Program-made: the position numbers and the translations under genes | Notes under the pieces: generated by a model | Told to the model about the DNA's origin: nothing | The model's input: only the letters and a program-made list of their open reading frames with translations | Database searches by the model: none | Shown: positions 44,693 to 49,949 of the stretch, one piece after another | Position numbering within the stretch: the stretch's first letter is position 1 | How the letters are laid out: every line of letters begins with the position of its first letter | From: a virus | Lineage: Duplodnaviria > Caudoviricetes | DNA: 49,949 nucleotides | Direction: 5' to 3' (one strand) | IMG/VR virus record: IMGVR_UViG_3300037470_000128 | Location: 1-49,949 of that record

Positions 44693-45565
44693 ATGGGAAA
44701 GACTATGAACGTAATTGCAAAGACAAACCCATACGCGATCGACGGGCCGCTATGCCTGTCATTTAGCGGCGGCCGAACCAGCGCCTATATGCTGTTCAGG
44801 GTGATGGAAGCGCACGGTGGCCAGTTGCCCGATGACGTGGTTGTCTGCTTCGCCAATACAGGGCGAGAAATGCCGCAAACGCTGGATTTTGTGCGTGACT
44901 GCGGGGAGCGGTGGGGGGTTGATATTGTTTGGCTGGAGCTTGGCATTGTCAGACTGGATGACACCAGCAAGCGAAAGCGGTTTGAGTATGAGACGCGGGT
45001 TGTCAACTACGAAACGGCCAGTCGAAACGGTGAGCCGTTTATGGCACTTGTTGAGGCCAGAAAATACCTGCCCAACCCTGTGGCCCGATTCTGCACCGCC
45101 GATCTTAAAGTGCGGCGGATAAACACATACCTGAAGTCGCTGGGGTGGGAAGAGTGGGACACCGCTGTTGGCATCCGCGCCGACGAGCGCCGACGAGCGC
45201 ACAAGATGATAAATGCAGGATCGGACAGCGGCGAGAACAAAATTATACCGCTGTACTGGGATGGCGTGACCAAGGAGACGGTTTCAGATTTCTGGGACAA
45301 CCAGGATTTTGATTTGCGGCTGCCCAACAACAACGGCACCACGGACTGGGGAAACTGCGACCTGTGTTACCTCAAGGGGGCAGCGAAAAAGATCAGCATA
45401 ATCAGGGATAGGCCAGACCTGGCTGAATGGTGGGTTAACGCTGAGCGAGCGATAGGAAGCACGTTCAGAAACGACCACCCGACCTATCAGCAGATGCTGG
45501 ATTATGTGGGCGACCAGCCAAGCTTAGAGCTGGATGATTCTATCAGCTGCTACTGCGGTGATTAG
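44693..45565 (+). CDS. PAPS reductase-family (PP-loop) protein
   Basis: LSFSGGRTSAYM, FANTGRE, RFCTADLK, GIRADE, GNCDLCYLK, C-terminal CYC. Confidence 0.88.
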   Translation: MGKTMNVIAKTNPYAIDGPLCLSFSGGRTSAYMLFRVMEAHGGQLPDDVVVCFANTGREMPQTLDFVRDCGERWGVDIVWLELGIVRLDDTSKRKRFEYETRVVNYETASRNGEPFMALVEARKYLPNPVARFCTADLKVRRINTYLKSLGWEEWDTAVGIRADERRRAHKMINAGSDSGENKIIPLYWDGVTKETVSDFWDNQDFDLRLPNNNGTTDWGNCDLCYLKGAAKKISIIRDRPDLAEWWVNAERAIGSTFRNDHPTYQQMLDYVGDQPSLELDDSISCYCGD

Positions 45566-45596
45566 GCGCCTAACAGCCTGTTTATGAGGTAAATAC

Positions 45597-46073
45597 ATGA
45601 CTGATTCCCAGCTGGATATCCTGACCGGCACTGACGGCCCGGAGCGGCTTCCGGTGGATCCTGCTCGGATGCGGCGGTATCAGATAGTGCCGGTGCCGAA
45701 ACCCAGGATGACTCAGCGCGACAAGTGGCAGATGCGCCCGCCCGTGCTCAGGTACCGCGCATTCTGCGACCAGGTGCGTGCCCTGGGCGTAGAGCTTAGG
45801 CCGACCGGTGACCGGGTTATTTTCATCCTGCCTATGCCGCCAAGCTGGCCTAAGAAGAAGCGGGCGCAGATGCTGGGGGAGCCGCACCAGGGCAAGCCCG
45901 ATGTGGATAACCTCGGAAAATCAGTTCTCGATGCGATCCATCAGGACGATGCCCATATCTACCACATTAACGCGCTGAAATTCTGGGGTGAGGCCGGGGA
46001 GATCATCATCGAGCGCGGCCGCGAGGCTCTGCTGTGGGACGGTGACAGAGTAATCTGGTCAAAAAACTGTTGA
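45597..46073 (+). CDS. rusA: RusA-family Holliday junction resolvase
   Basis: PKPRMTQRDKW, PPSWPKKKR, KPDVDNL.K..LDA..DD. Confidence 0.9.
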   Translation: MTDSQLDILTGTDGPERLPVDPARMRRYQIVPVPKPRMTQRDKWQMRPPVLRYRAFCDQVRALGVELRPTGDRVIFILPMPPSWPKKKRAQMLGEPHQGKPDVDNLGKSVLDAIHQDDAHIYHINALKFWGEAGEIIIERGREALLWDGDRVIWSKNC

Positions 46074-46098
46074 CTCCTGAGCGCAATGCGCCTATTAT
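46070..46098 (+). promoter_or_regulatory. Sigma70-type promoter with palindromic operator, heading a moron
   Basis: TTGACT-N17-TATTAT; GCGCA-A-TGCGC palindrome in the spacer. Confidence 0.7.
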
Positions 46099-46147
46099 AG
46101 ATTCATGGGCTGAGGGGATCAGCCCGAAACAGACAGAGGTGAATGAC

Positions 46148-46429
46148 ATGTACTATGCACTCAGCGACAGCTTCACAGGTAGCGATCCGAAGGAACACAC
46201 CGGAGGGTTCGCAAACACCAAAATGGTTATCGCCTTCGAGAGTCGCGCCAATCGTGACTCATGGGTTGAGGAGACTAAACTTCTCACAGCGTCCCCACTC
46301 ACCAGGTCTGAAGCGGTCAAAGCAAGCCGCGTAAACGACAATGGCGACAGGGTAGCAGAAATCTACGGGTCTGAAGACGAAGACGGTATTCCTCAGTACC
46401 ACGTTATCAAAAAGAGCAATCGGTGGTAA
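46148..46429 (+). CDS. Hypothetical moron protein
   Basis: GAGGTG RBS after the promoter. Confidence 0.6.
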   Translation: MYYALSDSFTGSDPKEHTGGFANTKMVIAFESRANRDSWVEETKLLTASPLTRSEAVKASRVNDNGDRVAEIYGSEDEDGIPQYHVIKKSNRW

Positions 46430-46488
46430 AACGACGGTCCCCGCTACGGCGGGGCCTCTCTAAACTCAACAGACAGCGGAATGCAGAC

Positions 46489-46848
46489 ATGACAAACTTC
46501 GCCCTGATCTTTGATAACGGCGGCGGCATCACGCTTCAGACAGAAAATTTCTGCCACTATTACAGCGGAACTGAGGAACAGACGGCGACTGATGTGGCTG
46601 ATCTGCTTGATGGTTCAGACCCCCAGTATTGGGATGGAAACTATCCTGAATGCCGAACCACATATGACGCGAGCCTGGAACTGAACGGCAGCTATCACTG
46701 GGTAACCGACAACGACGTGATTGAAGCTGTTGGGCAGCTACCAAAAGAAAATCGCGAATCCTTTCTTGATAGTATATCCGGCCGGGCTGAGCGCCAATTT
46801 TTCGAATGTCTTTTCGCAATCCGCGATGATAGAGCCTTGCAGCAGTGA
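46489..46848 (+). CDS. Hypothetical acidic moron protein
   Basis: IFDNGGGITLQ N-terminus; coupled to the HTH gene. Confidence 0.6.
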   Translation: MTNFALIFDNGGGITLQTENFCHYYSGTEEQTATDVADLLDGSDPQYWDGNYPECRTTYDASLELNGSYHWVTDNDVIEAVGQLPKENRESFLDSISGRAERQFFECLFAIRDDRALQQ

Positions 46849-47069
46849 AATACGAATCTGCCGTACCAACCCCCGCCGAGGTCCTGGCGCTCCGGTGTGC
46901 GCTGCAGGAGCGGCTGGATATAGGCATCACCGCGGCGCAAGACCGATGTGCCGAGATGCTGCACACCAGCCGACGCGCCTGGCAGCAGTGGGAGCATGGT
47001 GACAGGAAGATGCACCCAGCTTTCTGGGAGCTTATCAGGATCAAGACAGAAGGGGAGACACGGACATGA
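46845..47069 (+). CDS. XRE-like HTH regulator
   Basis: PTPAEVLALR..AQDRCAEMLHTSRRAWQQWEHGDRKM. Confidence 0.8.
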   Translation: MKYESAVPTPAEVLALRCALQERLDIGITAAQDRCAEMLHTSRRAWQQWEHGDRKMHPAFWELIRIKTEGETRT

Positions 47070-47362
47070 ATCATCGAGAAATCGTTGAATACCTCGAAGA
47101 GAACACCGCCGGCGACGTGAAAACAGTCGTACTGCTGGCATCCGGCAATGCCTGGTGCGACTGGCACTGCGGCAAGACAGAGGCGCCGACTCATGCCGAG
47201 CAGGCCTATAGCTATGTCGCCAGAGCACTGCGGGCAGCTGGGTATGTGAGCCACCTGGCGCATGCCCACGAGGTTATCCGCCGCCGCCACTGTCGGCCGC
47301 TGACACAGCGTGGATCATACCTGAGCGATGAACCGGTATGCCTTTTCGACATCGAGGTGTAG
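47066..47362 (+). CDS. Hypothetical protein
   Basis: ATGA overlap, GGGAG RBS. Confidence 0.55.
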   Translation: MNHREIVEYLEENTAGDVKTVVLLASGNAWCDWHCGKTEAPTHAEQAYSYVARALRAAGYVSHLAHAHEVIRRRHCRPLTQRGSYLSDEPVCLFDIEV

Positions 47363-47779
47363 ATGGACTACAAGGCCAAAGTCGAAAAGTTGGTGGATGT
47401 TTACATCAGTTGGCTGCTCAGCACGGATGCAGACGCCGGCTGGCATCAGCCACGCGACTACCGCGCGGATGTGCATATCTCCGGTGGAGGCTATGACCAG
47501 GCTGATATCAAGATGATCAATGAGATCGTATGGCTGCGTGAGCCGCATGCACTGCTACCGCTGGCAAAATCTCTGATCGGTCGACTCAAGCCCAGGCACC
47601 ATGTGCCGCTCATCGTACATTACCGGTACATCGGCACAGCAAATCCCGAAACATCTAGGATATGGACCAGCAGCGCCATCGCGGCTGAATTGGGAATTAG
47701 CCCTGATCAGCTGAGGCACCGTCGCCGTCATGCGGTCGATAAGATGGTGGCATGGCTTGAAACTGTATCATCTGGTTAA
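47363..47779 (+). CDS. Late antiterminator/regulator, Q-like
   Basis: C-terminal sigma-region-4-like HTH (AIAAELGISPDQLRHRRRHA); lies just upstream of a terminator and the lysis genes. Confidence 0.65.
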   Translation: MDYKAKVEKLVDVYISWLLSTDADAGWHQPRDYRADVHISGGGYDQADIKMINEIVWLREPHALLPLAKSLIGRLKPRHHVPLIVHYRYIGTANPETSRIWTSSAIAAELGISPDQLRHRRRHAVDKMVAWLETVSSG

Positions 47780-47851
47780 CATGTAAAGTTTGCGAAACAC
47801 GCCACATACGCTATCATTTCTGTCAAGTTGCGGATCGTCACCGCACAACAG

Positions 47852-47875
47852 CCCGCCGAGTGCGGGTTTTTTATT
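47852..47875 (+). terminator. tR'-like intrinsic terminator before the late operon
   Basis: CCCGC-CGAGT-GCGGG followed by TTTTTT. Confidence 0.7.
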
Positions 47876-47889
47876 GGCTGGAGTTTGGA

Positions 47890-48432
47890 ATGATCCCGAC
47901 TATCTACGACGCGCAGATCGAAGCCGCCTCGATGGGGTTCATGCCGGGGCGCGATTGGCGGGCACTGAAAGCCCAATACTGGCAGGAGTCTCGGTTTAAG
48001 CCTGGCGCGGTATCGCCTGCTGGAGCCCGAGGTATCGCCCAGTTCATGCCCGCGACATGGCAGGACATGATCCGCGAGCTTGGCATGCCGGATGACGCCG
48101 ACCCGCACGACCCGCTGCTGTCGATTCGGGCCGGCGCGTACTACATGGCGAGGATGCTGGCTGGGTGGACGGCAAAGCGCTCCGACGAGGACCGATACTG
48201 CCTGGCGCTCGCTAGTTACAATGTCGGTTTCGGAAACATGCTCAAAGCGCAGAAAATCGCCGGCCAGCGCGCAGGTCATACGGTCAACGACTATGCCGGC
48301 ATCATCACGGCATTGCCTGATGTTCCGCACGTCAACGCTGATGAGACCACGGATTACGTCATCAAAATTACCGGTTACTACCAGCACCTGGTGACGACTC
48401 AGTTTATAGACGATCTGGATATCAAACCGTGA
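47890..48432 (+). CDS. SLT lytic transglycosylase (endolysin)
   Basis: QESRF, SPAGARGIAQFMPATW, ALASYNVG, ET.DYV. Confidence 0.9.
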   Translation: MIPTIYDAQIEAASMGFMPGRDWRALKAQYWQESRFKPGAVSPAGARGIAQFMPATWQDMIRELGMPDDADPHDPLLSIRAGAYYMARMLAGWTAKRSDEDRYCLALASYNVGFGNMLKAQKIAGQRAGHTVNDYAGIITALPDVPHVNADETTDYVIKITGYYQHLVTTQFIDDLDIKP

Positions 48433-48719
48433 CAGATCGTCCGGAAACGTCCAAGTTTGAGCAGCATACGCAAACTATTATCGCCCTAATCATAGCCGCC
48501 CTGATCGGATGGGCAGGACTGAGTCTGCAGGATATGCAGCAGTCGATGGCCAGCATGAGCACGCAGATCCAGAATCTGCAGCACGAAGTGACAAACCTGC
48601 GTCAACTTAATCAGGACCGATACTCGATGGGCCAGGCCGTGCAGGACTGGGGCCGAAACCGGCAGGAGATGGACCAGGTCAGGGATAGGCTGCGGGACCT
48701 TGAGCGTAAGGTGCCGTGA
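48429..48719 (+). CDS. TM plus coiled-coil protein (holin-like candidate)
   Basis: One N-terminal TM segment followed by a coiled coil; adjacent to the endolysin. Confidence 0.55.
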   Translation: MTDRPETSKFEQHTQTIIALIIAALIGWAGLSLQDMQQSMASMSTQIQNLQHEVTNLRQLNQDRYSMGQAVQDWGRNRQEMDQVRDRLRDLERKVP

Positions 48720-49138
48720 TGCGTAACTGGTCCATGACCGACCTGGTGTTGGTGCCTTACAACGCGACCGAGTGGCAATTGCGTGAGCCGATGCTGTGCG
48801 AGTGCATGGTGTTCCTGATAGATGTTAGCAAAGGGTTTACGACAGATTTGGCCAGTATCCCGCGCATTGCCCGGTTGGTATTTCCGGTGAACGACCTGCA
48901 CCGCCCAGCCGCTGTCGTGCACGACTGGCTCTATGTCCGTCAGCGCATGCTGCATCGTCCTATCAATTCGCACTGCTGGATAAAGCGCGAGGATGCCGAT
49001 CGCATCTTCTACGAACTAATGCTCAGTCTCGGCGTAAGCCGATTGAAGGCGTGGGTCATGTATAGGGCGGTTCGAGTGGGAGGCTGGGTTTTTTTCAATA
49101 AGCGGGCCCGTGAATGCGGCAACCCGTACTACCGGTGA
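48716..49138 (+). CDS. DUF1353-family protein
   Basis: GFTTDLASIPR, AAVVHDWLY, ADRIF, MYRAVRVGG. Confidence 0.85.
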   Translation: MMRNWSMTDLVLVPYNATEWQLREPMLCECMVFLIDVSKGFTTDLASIPRIARLVFPVNDLHRPAAVVHDWLYVRQRMLHRPINSHCWIKREDADRIFYELMLSLGVSRLKAWVMYRAVRVGGWVFFNKRARECGNPYYR

Positions 49139-49198
49139 TGGCATGTGCCGCATGTCTGCGCCGCCGACGGGCAATGATCAAAGCCGCGAGGACCGCAT

Positions 49199-49591
49199 AT
49201 GAGCGCGCAAAAATTGTTATCGACCGAGCACGAGGTGTTGAGCCCGAAGCCGGGCGACATCATGGTGATCAAGCCGCCTCATCACCTGACCCAACTACAG
49301 CGGGAAAAGATTGAGCAGGAGGTGATGCCGATCGCTGAACAGCATCGGTGCAGCCTGCTGGTGCTGGGTGCGGATTTCGACATGGCAATACTGCCTGATA
49401 TGGGTCGGATAACCCAGGTGCTAGAGCGGCAGGCGCAAGCGATGGAGGACCAGGCTAAGGCCACGACGCAGGCGACAGAGACCTGCGCCCAATTTCTTGC
49501 CATTTTGCTACAGATGATTGAGTCCGAACAGGATGAGCCAGACGAGGACGGTCCGCCCGGTTATTACATGGACGGCACGAAGATCAACTGA
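49199..49591 (+). CDS. Hypothetical protein preceding HNH (start uncertain)
   Basis: Acidic C-terminus ending YMDGTKIN; TGATG overlap with the HNH gene. Confidence 0.6.
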   Translation: MSAQKLLSTEHEVLSPKPGDIMVIKPPHHLTQLQREKIEQEVMPIAEQHRCSLLVLGADFDMAILPDMGRITQVLERQAQAMEDQAKATTQATETCAQFLAILLQMIESEQDEPDEDGPPGYYMDGTKIN

Positions 49592-49905
49592 TGCCGAAGC
49601 TAAACAAGATCGAACCGCGACTGCAGACCTTATCGCACAAGATCAAGACGACCAATGTATGCGAGCACCGCATAACTGGGCGACGGCTCCAGAAGCGCCG
49701 CTATCGTATCTGGCTATCCTCTCCGACCTGCGCTGACTGCGGCCGAGTTGTCGAATACCCCAGCGGGTTCGAACTGGATCACATCGTGCCGCTGTATCAA
49801 GGTGGCGCTGACACGGACGATAACTGCCAGATCCTGTGCATCGACCCTGACGATAAAGACGGTGGATGCCACGCCAGCAAGACGCGGCTCGATATGCAGC
49901 CGTAG
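49591..49905 (+). CDS. HNH endonuclease (HK97 gp74-like packaging cofactor)
   Basis: CADC, ELDHIVPLYQGG..NCQILC..CH..KT; at the genome end before the terminase. Confidence 0.9.
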   Translation: MPKLNKIEPRLQTLSHKIKTTNVCEHRITGRRLQKRRYRIWLSSPTCADCGRVVEYPSGFELDHIVPLYQGGADTDDNCQILCIDPDDKDGGCHASKTRLDMQP

Positions 49906-49949
49906 TGGGGGGGTGGGTATCAAGTCAAAAATGTTACGTGACCGGAAGC

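Noticed and set aside
49906-49949. cos site
   Set aside because: Position after HNH and the G-run are suggestive, but the window ends before a cohesive-end sequence can be defined

Overview
Near-complete genome (about 50 kb) of a tailed dsDNA phage with HK97-like head genes and a long non-contractile tail. The window opens inside terL and closes just after an HNH gene near a likely cos region, so terS and the 5' part of terL are outside it. Order: terL, fused protease-capsid, portal, head completion genes, accessory inserts, tail genes with a GTA-like tip (DUF2460/DUF2163/NlpC/large tail protein/DUF2793), a leftward early operon (YqaJ/RecT), cro-like gene, replication genes (Rep, SF2 helicase, primase), nin region, Q-like gene, lysis genes and HNH. 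I see no integrase and no CI repressor. The top finding is a self-contained moron at 6736-8360: a divergent XRE HTH gene, a 191-aa stand-alone Cas7/RAMP-like gene, a wHTH-like partner, and two non-coding (GGC-NN)11-12 pentamer arrays separated by hairpins and closed by a terminator. This is a candidate RNA-guided system with a non-contiguous guide code (VIPR-like). Other notable items: a 7-gene glycosyl/methyl/sulfotransferase cluster inside the virion operon, an inverted integron-like cassette with an attC-like site carrying a PAPS-reductase-family gene, a highly structured 300-nt intergenic region after cro, an AT-rich vWA insert in the tail protein, and a recently amplified 6 x 141-bp beta-propeller gene. 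All family assignments come from motif recognition by eye, not from database searches.
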